A DNA stretch of 64,000 nucleotides from Monocercomonoides exilis PA203 (Eukaryota; Protista; Preaxostyla), in contig LSRY02000015.1 in the NCBI GenBank assembly GCA_001643675.2, forward strand, positions 992,001 to 1,056,000. Direction: 5' to 3'. Both the position numbers and the translations under genes were made by a program. This document shows, one piece after another, positions 25,740 through 40,177 of this stretch (its first letter is position 1; each line of letters starts with the position of its first letter). The notes under the pieces were generated by a model, which had not been told where the DNA came from, made no database searches, and worked only from the letters and a program-made list of their open reading frames with translations.

Positions 25740-26710
25740 ACAACCCTCCCTCTGCATTTCCCTTTTCTCCTCTTCCCGACTTATTGTATCAGTGAAACAA
25801 CCACTCTAGCTTCAGCCCTTCATCCACAATCACCGTTCCAAACGAGCTTCATCACATGTGCACAAGATCTTCTTCTTCCTCCCGCATCCTTCTCCAACCT
25901 GTTCTCCTCCCTCATCCTCGTTCCCATTTCCTTTCTTCTTCTAATTTCAAATTCCACTTTCTCCTCACCTCCACTCTCTTTCTCTTTCTCCTCTCCATCT
26001 TCTCATCCTCCATTCCTTCTTTCATTCTCATTGCTATGATTATTTTCCTTTCCTTCTCTTCCTCCTTCATCTTTATTTTTATTGCCATTGTGAATCTCCT
26101 TTGCTCACTCATCTCTTTCTTCTCCATTTAGACCTTCAACACATTCACTCTCAGCTTTGCTCTTCCGCTCTGTCACTGCTACCTCCTTGTCCTGCACAAG
26201 CGCACTCAGCAGCATCCCTACCAAGGAACCATCTGTCCCGGACCTCTTCACCAGCTCTAATGCCGCTTCATGCTTCTCTCGGTTCTGCCTTAGAATATTT
26301 TCCCCAGGCTCCACCAGCCGCCTTAGCTGCACACAGTACGCACAATCACCACCATCACCATCCCCGCCTCACTCATCCCAATAAACATGGTGATAGGCCA
26401 TGCACACCACTCATGCAGGCTTAGCCTCCTGATTGCACCTTCACCTTTCCGCTCCAGCATAATCGCTTCAACCGAAGTGAACTTTCCTCCTTCCTTTTCC
26501 TCCTTCCCTGCCATCCCTTTTTCACCTTTTCCTCCTGCCAGCTCCTCCATAGTCATCTCTTCACTTTAATACATTCCACGCGCTTGCACATACTCCTCTG
26601 ATCCACTCTTCTCAATCACCTCCCGCCCAATCCTCCCGGACCCCCGCCACTCCGTGACCTGTCCTGTGCCCTCAAACCGGAATGTACTCACTTGCTATCA
26701 ACAGCTGCAA
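25740..26710 (-). pseudogene. GC-richer host-like gene fragment, disrupted
   Basis: Consecutive E/K/G-rich ORFs 26323..26556, 26105..26332 and 25912..26127 lie in shifting frames. Confidence 0.35.
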
Positions 26711-26884
26711 CCAGCACTATTATTATCGTTCAAAAACCCGTACATTTATCATGTTGAAAGATCATTCAATAATTCTTGATATTTTTCTTTCATTTCCATT
26801 CGACAGTTTATTGATGTTCAAACCGTTGATAATTTTTGCGTTTATAAAAGTAATGTTTATTACTCGTAAAAGATTAATGAGTTG

Positions 26885-27149
26885 GGACAAAATATTTTGC
26901 TTCATGCAATTTCATTCCAAAATAAAGCACTTTTCATTGACTTTTTTCTATCAAAAAACACAATAAAAATGGGTCCATTTTTTGACATTCGTGAAATGTT
27001 GGGAAACTTCATGTTTTGATTTCGACAATGCATGTTTTCAGATAAGAAAATCATTTTTTTTTCTAAATCTGATTAAGTTAAATAAAGTTATAAGTGAAAT
27101 ATTTTTTGTGCCTTGTGCAAAAAAAGCTTGAAAGTTCATATTTTCCCCC
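26885..27149. mobile_element. MITE of the same family as 40369..40637 and 62314..62580
   Basis: GGGACAAAATATTT...CACTTTTCATTGACTTTTTT...GCTTGAAAGTTCATATTTTCCCCC, collinear with 62314..62580. Confidence 0.8.
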
Positions 27150-27849
27150 AGTTTTTCAAACATGATGTTGTTATTCTTTCAGTCATTGTGAATTGTAAAT
27201 ATAATAAAGGACTTCTGATAATGAGATCTAACAACAATATTTCAAACAAAGAGCACAACAAAAGTCATATTGTTTGCAACAATTTCCATTTATATCTTTG
27301 AACAAAAGCTGATGTTTAAGAAAATATGCTTATGTCAGATAGCATTAGATGAAATAAGAAAACAAATAGAATTCGAATAACAGAATCAATCCTTTTGAAT
27401 TTCAAAAAGATAAAATGCAATTTCTCTGGATTTTTCGAATATCAAGCAACAAATATCACAATGAAAAGCATTATTATCAAAAGAACATTCTTCAAATCTT
27501 CTTTGTATTTTCATCATCACTTGTGTCGTCATTGAACTCAATCCTCAAACATTTTTTCTCCATAATTTCTTTTCGTTTCTAATTTTATTTTCTTTTCAAA
27601 AAAATTTCATCTTGGCAATCTCAACCTTTTCTTCATTTCTCATCAATTTCATAAAATCATTTCTTGTTCGTTTCTTTTTCTTCTTCATCCAAACCGACAA
27701 ATTACTGATTGCTGAAGTTTTTATCTTTCTTCATTTTTTGCATTCTCAATTATTAAGTCTATTTATTTATCAGTTTTCTTGTTCCCAATAGCTTTTTCTT
27801 CATATTTCTTTTTCTTTGGAAAAAATGATTCTATATAATCGTTCTTTGT

Positions 27850-29122
27850 TTTCTTTAACACAAAATTATTTGTTTCTTTCTGGTTCCCTGCTCATTCTTT
27901 CCAATACCGGAGCAACTTTGACCAGTCATACACCTGTTTGTTTGAATGCATTCTTGATTTTTGAAGGAGTTGTTGCTGGAAAAAAGCTTCTAATAGAAAA
28001 TGAAAGACAGCGGAGCAAAATGCAGAAGAAGATCGATCAGATGAAGTTTTGAAATTATTGTCGAAAAAATTATTTGAATATTCAAAAAATAGAGTTATCA
28101 CATAGAAGAAAAAGATGAATCAAATTTGGTGGCAATTTTTTTGATGATGTTGTTTCTTTTTTTGCAAACGTTTCAACAGCTTCATTACAGTGTGATGAAT
28201 GGTTATCCAAAAGAAACAAAAATGATTTTGTTCCTCCTTTTTTCATTTTTTCTTCAATAAGGATTAACCAGTTTTCGCACATTATTTTTTCGAAGATTTT
28301 CGTTGTGATCCAGCCAGATGAAGCAAATATGTAGTTAATATTGAATGAAGAAAGTGTGAGAAATTCTGAAGGTGTTTTTTTTCACAGGCCAAAGAAGAAA
28401 AGATGACAAACATGAGCCATCCGCGTAGGCACATAAGCACAATGTTGTGTTGGAAGTCTTTTTCGGAGTAGGAGTCGAAGGAAGTTTCTGGTTTTGCAGA
28501 CATACCACAAGTTTGCAAGAATCCTCACCCAGATGAAGTGAAGTTTCATCAAAATAAAAGATACCTGATGGGACTATTTCTTTCTCATTCACAATCTGCG
28601 AAAGTTTATCAAACCACTTTCTGACGGAACAGAAGATTGGGAAGATATTTTTGCAGTGTCCAATTGCTTTGAAACAGCTGACTTCAATATTGAACTTTTC
28701 TGAATAACATAGTATGCGGCTGTTAAACTTGGTATTTTTTTCACTTCTTCGTCTTTTGAGGATTATTCCATATGCTCCACAATCTAAATATATTGAAAAA
28801 ATTAATTACAATAATAAAAAAGAACAAAAACCATTTTGTGCACGTCTTTAACTCTTATTGTTTCACCTTTTGAAAGAAGAACAATAACTTGATTCTCAAT
28901 TTTTTCTATTAAATCTTGTGTTATTATTGGTGGTCTTCCGTTTACTCCCGTAGGTCTTTTTTGCTTCTCTGCAGCTATTCCTCTGTACCACGAACCGTTA
29001 GAAATTGTTCCAGAATCGACAGCTGCTTTCTTCGAAATCGAATGATCTTTTCGAAGTTCGAATATTTTCAAAGAAATTGATTTTTGTCGAATAATTTCAA
29101 ATGTGGAAAATTCTTTTCTCAA
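27850..29122 (-). pseudogene. pogo-like DD35D transposase, degenerate
   Basis: HTH exon with NGRPP, GT..AG intron 28831..28784, YFDETSL, CAYADG and LLDNHSSH...LPPN..H...CD with 35-residue spacing. Stops and frameshifts are present. Confidence 0.82.
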
Positions 29123-29479
29123 CTAAGGCTTTGATAATTCTTTTGAAATTGTCATCAACTTGGGTTTGTTTTTTGATCATGATTGAAAAAATGTGAAAAT
29201 TAATTTTGATTTTTTATGTTCGTGCAACAAGGAATGCAGTTGTATGGAATTCTTTGAACAAATAAAGTTATTCTCGGAATTGCTGATATTGATTTTTTAA
29301 TATTTCTTATTAAGAAATGAGCAAAATATTTAGTTGATTCTCTCAACAAGGAGAATCAAATTTGAATAAAATATGGTCTTTGTTTGAATAGCAAATTAAT
29401 GTCAATACTTAAAGGAATATAAATATATTGAAGAAAATGTTTTTAGATGAAATAATCGCTTTTCATTTTTTCTTGAAAT

Positions 29480-30090
29480 CCTGGTTTTTGAAAGATTCGT
29501 TGGTTTTTGAACGATGGTCACTGGATGAACAGCCTGTATTGTTCCAGCTCCCCTACTGTATACATTGTTCAGTAGTGCCGAAGAATACCACTCGATCAGC
29601 GGGTTGTTGGACATTATCTCCATTTTGTCCACTATCACAATGTCCCCACACGGACATATCCATCACTTCGACGAGTTTTTCCGCTCATGCTCCACAACTG
29701 GAACTCACGCTCCTCAACAAGCACATGCTGCTTCATCCGGAACAGCCCACTTCAGCTCTTGAAACAAAACACCAAACTCACTGCTGTGGCCCCTCTCTCA
29801 ACTTGCACGCTCCTCCCACCGATCGTTTCCAGATCGCTTTGTCTCTACAACTCCCACCTAACAACACACTCCACAACCACCAGCGCACTTCCCCTGTCTT
29901 GCTCAATCTCCCATTCGCGTTTTCTATTATAATCATGAAAACTAATAACTACGACTGTATCACCACCCACTGCTGATGTTCTGCACTTTTCAACTATCAC
30001 CACCAACTGCCAAACACCCAGAGTTCCACGTTCATTCCCACAAACGCGATCCATCTCAGCCAGCCATTCGCATGTTACGCTCAACCTCTA
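29480..30090 (-). pseudogene. Host-like gene fragment, possibly a beta-helix surface protein
   Basis: GC-richer island with a V/G/C-rich translation and stops. The family assignment is only a resemblance. Confidence 0.3.
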
Positions 30091-30623
30091 AACTTTCACC
30101 GTTGTTTTCATTCAAATTAGCGTATCGTCATTATGCTCCACATATTTGTGAAAAACAAACTTTTATGATACAAATGAATTAAAAAAAATTTAAGAAAAAT
30201 CTCAAAAAATAAATGTTATTTTCAGACAACAATTGCATGACTTTTTGATATCAAAAACATATCAAAAGAATTTTTTTTTAAAGAAAAACACAAATAAATT
30301 TTTTATGACTAATTGACTGGAATTTCTTCAGTGTCCAGCAGTGACGTGAGTGATGTGGTATTTTTTCCATAAAAAAATTGATCACAACGCAATCCTATAT
30401 TTATTAATTCATCGTAAATAATAAATTGAAAATTTTTAATTATAAATATAATAAATTCCAATGAAATAAAGCATAGGTCTGAATTGTGCCGTTTTTTCTG
30501 CTTTGTTGTGGAAATTTTGAATTTAAAATTGTGAAATATCATAATTTTTTGTTGCCTAAATCAATCGGAATAATAAAAAATGCTTCTCTTTATTTTTTAC
30601 GATTTTTTTGTTTTGGTCACATA

Positions 30624-31278
30624 CACCTAAAATAATTCAAAAACGAAAATTAATAATTCAATTTCGAAATTCATTTAAAACCGAAAATTTTAATGTATCT
30701 CGAGAATGGATTTCAAAAATTTTCAAGTTGTTTTTTAATCAATCAAATATTTATACTCAAATAACTGATTTTTTTAATTGATATATAAATCCAATCTATT
30801 TTTGAATTTTTTTTTTATTTTCGAAAATCATCAATGAAATGATAGAAATTTCAAGAAACTTCATTCTATTGAATATCAAAATAAAAATATTTAAATTTCA
30901 ATCACGTTTATTGAAAAATTTAGAACAAGAATTTATTCCCAATAGAAAAAAATGTTTTTCTTTGGAAAAAATATTTAAATCATCAATTTTTATTATGAAA
31001 ATGAATTCATTTTCTTTTAAAATTAACTTAGTAATAGAATATTTTCAATCAAAATAAATGAAAATTATATGAAGAAAATTCATAATCTTTCAAATATTCA
31101 TAAACAAAGTGAACTGATGAAATGCAAATTAATATTATTAAAAACCCAAAACACAAGTTATTCATTCCACAAATCAAAAAAAATGTCCATTTTCGAAATC
31201 GAATTAATAAATTACGAAATTGAATTATAAATTTTCAATTTTGAATTATTTTTTTTCGAATTCGAATTATTTTTGGTG
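30624..31278. mobile_element. Tc1/mariner-type non-autonomous element (655 bp)
   Basis: TA|CACCTAAAATAATTC ... GAATTATTTTTGGTG|TA, with further internal inverted similarity (AATTCAATTTCG / CGAAATTGAATT). Confidence 0.7.
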
Positions 31279-32109
31279 TATCCCATTGTAATTCAATTAT
31301 GATAGGGTAATCCAAAATATTTTGTTAAATTTTTATAATACGGTATTTGAATTGATGCGTTAAAAAAAAATATCACAAAAATAATCACCATAATGAGTCA
31401 TAATAAATTGAAATCGCCTTATCCAACTAACTAACACTTGAAAAATCATATCTGTTGATATTCTTAGAAGAATTTTTGAATTCCAGGAACGAATTGTTCG
31501 GATATCAGGAAGTTCCAAATTGCAACAAATTGCAGCTTATCATATATTTGATCATGGTTCAAACCGATTTAATAAAAAAACATTCAGTTTCACGTTAATT
31601 TTTTGATTATTCATTTAAAATTTCCCATTTGAATAATTTTTGCAAAGAAATATGGACAACATCATATGGGGCAAAATTTTTTCATTTTTGAAAAAAACCA
31701 TGTTTTGTTCCAAACTTATTCTGCACACATATCACAATGCATATAACATTATTATACAAAAAAATATTTGCAACGAAATCCATAACAATAATTTATTTTC
31801 ATTTTTGAAAACAAACGTGTTTTTTAAAGAAATATCAGGAGAATATTCATGAAAGGTGTGATTTGAATATTGTTTGCATAATAATATTATTTGAACAGGT
31901 CTCGAAGTTTCACTGAATTGTCTATGCTGCTTTTATTGATTTCATATTAACAGGAACTATCTGCGTTTTATTGTTGTGACAGAATGTGGAAATTTTGTTC
32001 ATTCGAACTGATAATTGGATGAAGACACGATAATATGAGTATTTATTGTATTTTCAAAATTTTCAAGAAATATAATTAAAAGAAAAAGAATAATCACTAT
32101 CTGTTTGAA

Positions 32110-35100
32110 AATAGCTTCCTTTCTTTCTTTATCATTATCTTTTTTTTTTCCCTCTTCCTCTATCTCCTATTCTTTTCACTCCTTTCAAACACATCCATCC
32201 CTCTCTTCTATCTTCCGTGTTAGTTGTTCACTTTTGTTTATTTTCATCGAGTGGTCTGTATTTTCCATCGTCTTCTTCATCCTTGTCTCAATTTCAGGCA
32301 TCTCTTCTTTATCCATACGGTTCTGCACAAAAGATGCCTGCTTTTTGATGATTGTGTTGGAAGGCATTGGTATTTCCTTGCATGGCTTGCGTGCTGTTGT
32401 GGAGGCGAAGAACGACTGGCTCGACAGAAAAATGGAAAGTGCTTCTGATGCACTCTTCGGCTGAGGGAAAGGTGAAGTGCGCAAATGCATGGAATGAGAT
32501 AGGGCTTTTGAAGGATGAAATAAAAGATATCAAGGTGGTGAAAATTATGAAATTTAGGTTTTAACAAAAAGTCTGTTATTTTTTAATGTTTTTTTTAACA
32601 ATTATTTTGAAAAAGAAATAGATTCACAACTTCATTCAATACTCAAAATGTTTTTATTCATTTTCATTTTCATCATCATCATAAACATTTTTATCATCAA
32701 AGCCAACACATCTCCTAATTCATTTATCCACCCTCTCCCACTGCAACACTGAAACCACCAGCATCATCTGCCACTTCGCTTATGTCTCTTCTCTTCAAGC
32801 ACACTTCTGCTCCCCTGTTTCTTCTCTTATTTCTCCCTGTCTTCACTCTCTCTGAGATATCTGCCTTTGCAGAATGCACTTGTTCTTCACATACTAGTTC
32901 AGCGCAACCATTAGATGTGTTTGTGGAGGATGTCTCGCTCCATTTAACAGATAAGAAAAACGACAAAATAATATAGCTGCTAATTTCACTTGGATGTCTC
33001 ATAGTGTTGAATGGACTTGTGCTGTTTGCAGTGGGGAAGATATCTTTTCGGAAGAAGAAGAAAGAGGAGAAAGAGGAGAAGGAAGAGAAAAAGGAAAAGG
33101 TGATGATGATGAAGATGCTTGTAGAACTGTGCATGTCACAATAGATAAATACGCCTCCATCCACTTTTCATTCATCTCTCTATTTTGTGTGCACAGCAAC
33201 TCTTCTGACTTGAGGAGCAGCCAGCCAACCCAAATCTGTGTCAAATGCTTCTCCAAAAGCAAAAGATATGACTTATGCTCAGCAACATCGGGATGAATGG
33301 AACAAAAACAAAACAAAGCGAGAGAACAAAGGGAAGCAAAGTTGCTGGGTGCTTTTGTTGAAGAAAGAAGAACATCACAAAATGACTGCGAAATGATCGT
33401 GTTTAATGCATCTTCTGGTGAAATTGGAATAGATGGAAGCGAAGTTGTGGAAAAGGATGAATCCGATGCAAAAAGAGGAGTCGGTTTTGTTCCTTTCAAA
33501 ATCATAAGAATGGAGAAAAAAGAGGACGCAGACGGAGATGGTGAATTATACAGACAAGAAATGAGAGAAGTCAACAATGCTAATGCTTCTTCACGCGGAA
33601 CCGGAGGCAGCTCATCCTGGCAAGCACTGTTACCATCCAGAGGAGCAAGAGAATACAGCGACTTCACTGCATATGTCCACATTCCCGACTGCTTTGACAG
33701 AGAAGGAGAAAGAAAGTCCTGGCAGCGCTGAGGGTAATTGGCAAGGAGTAGCAGCCAAGAGCAAACAGGAGACAGAAAGCAGATATCGCGAGGAAGAGGA
33801 ACAGAGGGACGAATTGGATGGCTTTCTTCTGCTCGGCAGGCAGAAGATCAAGCAGCGATGTGAAGAAGAAGAAGAGGTGCTGGAGCAGAATGGAGAGGTG
33901 CTGCTGTGATTGAGAGGCGTCTGATCTAGATAAATACACCGAGACTCACTTCAGGATAGCCGAAAAGGCGCAGAGGAGCTCTCGGAAGAAGCACAGATAA
34001 TGTAATTGAAGAGAACCCGCGTCTTGCCTGCATTCCGATGAAGATGGAGAAGAAGTACGGAAATCAAGATGATCAACCCGAAGAAAAAGTCTGGGGCTGT
34101 TAGTGAGAAAAATAAAGGGACAATTTCATTTGAGATGGAAAAGAAAAACAAACTATTTAAAACAGAAATCTTCTCAGTGCAATCCATTTCATCTGCTTCT
34201 CATCAGTTTATTATACTCCTTCTTCAATTCTCAAGCAGTCTGTTTTTTCTTTGGTACTTATGTCGAATTATCCTTCTCCTTTTCTTTCGTCTTCACCTTC
34301 GTCTTCGTCTTTCCATTCTTCTTTACCATTTTTTGCCACTTCTTCTTCTCCTCTATCACTATTTTATCATTTTTCGTCTTTTTCTCATATTCTTGTATTT
34401 TGTCTGTTTCAATTCCTTCAACTCCTTCTTCATCTTCATTTTTTTCTTCGTCTTCATCTTCACTTCCTCCTGCTCCACTTCATTCTTCTTATTCTTCTTC
34501 CTTCTCCTCTCCTTCTTCTCTTCTTTACACAACCGCTCCACCATCTGAACGTTATCCTCATTCTTCAACATTTGTTCACTCTTCACTTCGACCTTCAATG
34601 TTATTTATTCTCCTTCTCTTATTTCTGATTCCTCACACTCATCATCATCGTCTTCTTCTCATCCTCCTCCAACTTCTTCTTCTATTCCAATAAGTTCATT
34701 TACGGTTTTCCTTCTTCTTCTTCTTTCCTCACATCTTGCCCTTTGTTTCGATTTCGTGAGCCATCTCAGCGAAAACGATAGGACAAATGAAAGATAATAA
34801 GTGTCTGAGAAGCTGGTTATGTCTGCTTCGTTATGAATGTTTCAACAAAGACAACGCTCATTTCATTTTTAGACTCGTTCTGCAGTGGAGACGATGGAGA
34901 CTGAAGCACAGACCTCTGGAAATGTTGTATCTGATGCTAGAAAGACAGATCTGTGTGGGGTGTTCCACTAGCTCCTTCATAACAAAAGGCCCACCGAAAT
35001 CTTGTGATGCTTGGAGCGACTGAGGGTGTCGCTGCACTTCCTTGTTGCTGAAGAGTGCAGAGTTAACATGCGCATAATGTGTGGAGACAAATTCATCAGT

Positions 35101-36255
35101 TCGTACAACGAGGATTTATGAGCAAGTGTTTCATCAACATCTGCTTTTTTAACTGCTCGATGATTACATCAGCTTTGAAAGCCTGAGTGCTTTGCTGTGA
35201 AGAATCAGGCAGCGAATGTGCAGTTAAAGTTGGTTAAAGAGAAACAGAAAGAAATAGAGAGAGAAAGAAAAAGGGAGAGGAAGAGAGAGAGAGAGGGAGG
35301 GGAAGAGAACAGGATAGAAGGCAAATTGAGTGAGCATCTTGAATTTTTCGTAACTAAAACATATTCCCATAATCATATTTGGTTGGCTCTCCGTTATAAA
35401 GATCGTGTTCATCAGATACTGTTAGGCAACACTTGTGCTCGCCAGTTCGGGATCATCCACAGATTTGTCTGTGGAAAGCGTCCAGGTGGAAACAGTTGGA
35501 AAAGAAAAAAAACAAGTATTAGACGAAGAAGAAGCAAAAGAAGAAGAGAAAGAAGATGGTGATGAAGGAGAAGAAGATTTAGAAGGTGATGATGGAGATG
35601 GATAAATTCTTCGAGAAAAAGAAGAAGAAGAAGAAGAAGAATAAGTGGAAACTGAAGAAATTTCTCCATTTTTGTTTGCACTGAGCGGAGGCAGAAACAG
35701 AAATGTATTCATGAAAAAAGAAGCTCAGTGCTATTCAGATTCTCTGTAAGTCGAGCTGCTTTTGAAAAACATATAAAATATATCTTCTGACCTGACTCCC
35801 TCCAATGGTCATTTCATTCCCATTCTTCACCTTCCTCGCCTAGAAAACTCTTCATCACTTCTTACAAATTGTTTTCATCAAAATCCTGCAGTCCATTCAA
35901 CCCATCAAACTTCTCTTTCTTCAGCGATATCTTCCATTAATGCCCTCTTCCTCCTTCATTTGGCTCTTGCATTCTCAAATGAAACAAACGAACTGCGCTG
36001 CTTTGCTTGTTCATTGCTCCTGTTGGATTTAGCTATTGAACGCACTAAATTTCCTGGTGTTACACGACACCTGCAACGCCAATCCCTGTTGAGAATACAA
36101 TAGAACGGAAACAGAAACAGAACCAGACAATTAAATGAGCTGAAAGAAGAATTCAACAAGGAAGTTAGAGATTCAATTACTCTCCTTATATCATTGCCGT
36201 GAGCCATCCTTCTTCCTCCTGTAACGCTTCTTATCCACTCCCTCAGAAGCTCCAT
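32110..36255. pseudogene. Mosaic of disrupted host-like gene fragments in both orientations
   Basis: S/L-rich ORF 32999..33682 (-), acidic tracts 34280..34740 (-) and fragments 34790..36130. GC-richer, with frequent stops. Confidence 0.4.
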
Positions 36256-36278
36256 ATCACCTTTGTTCTTTCTTTATG

Positions 36279-39200
36279 GGCATAGGTGTAAATTGTACCA
36301 CTTTTTGTGAGCACTTTTGAAATTTTTTAACTAAACACCGTTAATATACATAATTAAGCAAAGCGGTTCAAGGAGGGAAATTTCGAAATTCGATCATGAA
36401 AATTTTCAAAAAAATTTTGATAATTTGCAACCCATAATATTTTCATTAAGATCACAAAGAATTAAAAATTCAATTTGACGACTTCACAAAGTTCAAAGCA
36501 ACTTCGCAATGAAACGGCCAAAGAAGAACTAATTTTATATTGTTTGTCTTGGAGTATTTTCACTTTCACAGTTTTTAATACAGTTATTATTCAATAATTC
36601 AATATTTGAATTATGAACTTGTACACACATAATAGTGGACATCGTGAATTTTGCAATTGCAAATACATTAAATGATGAACATGATGTTTGTATATTTGTT
36701 TTTTGTTTATAAGAATATCACTGTTTTTTTCATTGCTTTTGTATTTGTTTCTATATTAATGTTAAATATTTGCAACATAAACTTGTTTATCATTGGAATT
36801 GTGCACATATGTTTAAGTATTTATCTATTTCATTCGCAGTTTTATTCGCAGGCGTTTCAGTGATGATTGAAGGATCAAAATGAAAGAATGAAAGGAAATG
36901 ATTAAAGTGAAATGTGTGGAATGACCAAGGCAGATGCATGCAAGGCGGGAAGGTGTGTTGCGGGGATAAACATAACGCAGCTGAGCTCTGCAATCAAAGT
37001 GTTTATCAGAAGGCATGAGAGTGAAAGGGCAACGATCGGTGTGAAGAAAAATGTTATAATAACTGAGAAAGGAAAGACAGTGAGTGTTATAGAGACGAAT
37101 ACTCTTTCTTCTTAATCAGCAACGCTGTTCACTGTGATGGGCGGGAAGTTGGAGTCGAAATTATTATGCTAGCTGAAATAACGGTAAATCCCAGGTTTGA
37201 AGAAGTGTATCCAATAAAATCATCCGAATTTGTGCTGTTTCGGCCACAGCTGCCAATAACTGCCATTGAAGAATAAACAAAATTCTGCTTAAGCCCCTAA
37301 TCTCCACGCTGCACCGCTCACAATCGCTGTTTCCATTGCTCCCATCGCCTTCCCCTCCGTTTTGTCCCACACAGGCACCCGGATCATCGAAAAATTCTTC
37401 TGTTGGGAAACATCCCCAGCTGTGCCCTGCTGAGAAATAAAATCCGAAAAAAAGAACATAAAAAAGGTGCAACACATCAACATCCCCCTCGTGAGGCAAA
37501 CAAAATGGCACACCTCCACCAGTATGGCTGAAAAGATAACATTCTGAATGGAAACAACGCCACCCACCGGAACCAAGCTGCTCCAAAAGCCCACTCATAC
37601 GGCAAACTCACAACACTTTGCAGGCACAGCGCATAGAAAGAGGTATCACAAACATGTTCAATGCGCATGAACAGCCCTCAGATAGATGAATCGCTGCCCC
37701 ATTTCCCAGCCAGCTCAGAGACTCAGCAGCCGTATAACCTAAAGGTTCAAAAAACTCCCCACGAGGATACTGTACAATATATCTGCACCATACAGAATCG
37801 TTTTTCAAAAAGCTCGATGATTATTTTCGCTAATTATTGATTTTCATTTCACATTCACAAACTTTTTATTAACTAATTCATTTCTTCAAAAATATTTCAA
37901 AAAAATGCGAAATGTTGAACTTAAAGTTGTCTATAAGAGCTGATTTCCAAAAATTCATTTCATAATTTTTGCAAATGTGTTTATTTAGCTTGACTGTTTT
38001 CTAAAGGAAATGCACACTTTGATTCTCCTGTGTTTTTCGTTCCTTCTTCAGACGCCATTCAGAAACCTGGATGAAATAAAGATAGCTCTATAAAAAAAAA
38101 AAAACAATTAAAAAAACAAAAATGAATTGATAAAGATAATTTGAAAAAATCAACAGCAATGAAATAAAAATTCAAAAAAATTTAGATGAACGAGTTTGTA
38201 ATTAAGAAATCAAAGATTTCGTAATCTGAACAAACAAATGAAGTTTCTATGAATATTAACTGTATACCACTTTCAATTGCCTCCTTGTCTAAACCTCTAA
38301 GTTTTCTCCTCCTCTTTATCCTTCTTCACTTCTCGTTCAGAAAAGCTCTATTGCTTCAAAATTCCCCATGACCATCTCAATCTCCTTTCCTCGAATTTCA
38401 GAAAGCAAAATCTTCCAGCCTCTATCGTCAATTACGTCTGCATTTTTTTCGCTGCTGTTTGATGTGGTTTGTGATCATCCATTATTACCTCCTCTTTCAT
38501 TTCTTGCCTCGAAAAGACTTATCCTTTCCTCAGCTTCATCTTCACTCCCCGCAACCTGCCACATATCATCCTATCTCTTTTCACTTCTCCCATTTTTTTA
38601 CGCTGTTTTCTATTCTGTTTCTTCTGAAACATGCAGTTGCTTTCACTTCTATCATTAGAAACAAATACTTCAAATTCATTCCTCCAATTATTACATAAAG
38701 ATTTTTTCGCATGCAAACACTCCTCAAAACCTTTTTCTTTCCCGCAGCAACTTCTTCACTTCATGACTCTTCTTTTTCTTTCTCTTTACCCAACATTCCA
38801 TAGATCCTAAACTCAATGACCAAGTTCCTGTGTGACTAACAATCTTTGTCTAACAAGCTATTTCTTCCTTCTCTCTTCTTTCAACATTTCTCGCTTCAAA
38901 TTCACTGTGCATACAATCATCTCGTCAGCTGTTCTTCTTCTTTCCATCTTCCTCCAAGATGCATTGAAAATGACAAGCAAATAATCATTCCTTTTTCAGC
39001 ATCTTGAAATTTAACTTTGTTTTTGTTTGATCCATCAATTCACTTTATGTGTCATCTCTTTCGTCAAGAATCGCTTCCGTCTTTTGAAAAGCAGCGTTTA
39101 ATTCAACTTCTATTTTATCAATTGTTTATTAAGGAAATTAAAAGAAGAATGATAAATGTTTTATAACTATTTTTTAAAAATTAGAAACATTGATATACAA

Positions 39201-39615
39201 TAATCCAAACGCATTTCATTAATAGCTTTATTTGACTTTGCTTGATTAACAACAACTTTTATTGAGTGAACGCTATTTATAAATCCAACTATTGAATCAG
39301 TTAAAAATTATGACATAAAGGAAATATAAGTGGTAAATTCATCGAGAGAACAATACCTAATTAAACTCTGGTATAAATATAAAAACTTGAAGTTTATTTG
39401 AACTTTGTGAAGTCGTCAAATTGAATTTTTAATTCTTTGTGATCTTAATGAAAATATTATGGGTTGCAAATTATCAAAATTTTTTTGAAAATTTTCATGA
39501 TCGAATTTCGAAATTTCCCTCCTTGAACCGCTTTGCTTAATTATGTATATTAACGGTGTTTAGTTAAAAAATTTCAAAAGTGCTCACAAAAAGTGGTACA
39601 ATTTACACCTATGCC
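36279..39615. mobile_element. Non-autonomous long-TIR element (3337 bp), Merlin-like or MULE-like, carrying gene fragments
   Basis: 219-bp TIRs at 36279-36497 and 39397-39615 start GGCATAGGTGTAAA. Perfect 8-bp TSD TCTTTATG (36271-78 and 39616-23). No transposase was seen inside. Confidence 0.93.
36880..37160 (+). pseudogene. Fragment of a surface-protein-like gene (cargo)
   Basis: CGMTKADACK...IITEKGKTVSVIETNTLS..TLFTVMGGKL parallels CGINES...TIYGQSDMRTAIQT..SLFLVSTGTW at 57500-57750. Confidence 0.45.
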
Positions 39616-40177
39616 TCTTTATGTTCGTTTCGTTGCGGACTTCATTGGAGTGAGGTTGCACATATCACGCACTTTTCTTTCTCTCTCATATTTCTCTTCT
39701 CTTTCCTTCTCCTTCTGCAAAATCCTGATCTTCTGCTCCTCTTTTATCTGCGACAATTGCTTCCAGCTTGTGGGACTCGTTGAAGTAATTGCTTCCATCA
39801 TTCGCTCCTATATCTTCTCCTTCGATAAAAACTTATACATTAATGACCTCTTGTTCTTCTTGTTAAATCAAAGTTAATAAAAAAAAAATATGTCTCCCTC
39901 CTTCATAAAGAAAATAGAAATGTTAACTGAAAGATAATCGAATCCAATGAAATTAACATTGATTTCAATTGGTTTTCAGTAAAAGCAAGAAAGAATTCAA
40001 AAGAATATCATTTGTTATTATTATCGCATTCGAATCAATTATTGGCCATTTATTATCATCATATTGATATTTCTGTTCATTTTAAACATTATGAATTTTT
40101 ATCATTTCGTCGTTTTTCTAACACTCAATTTTTTGAATAGTTTTTATTATTAGTCTGTGATCAGATAATTTATAAAA

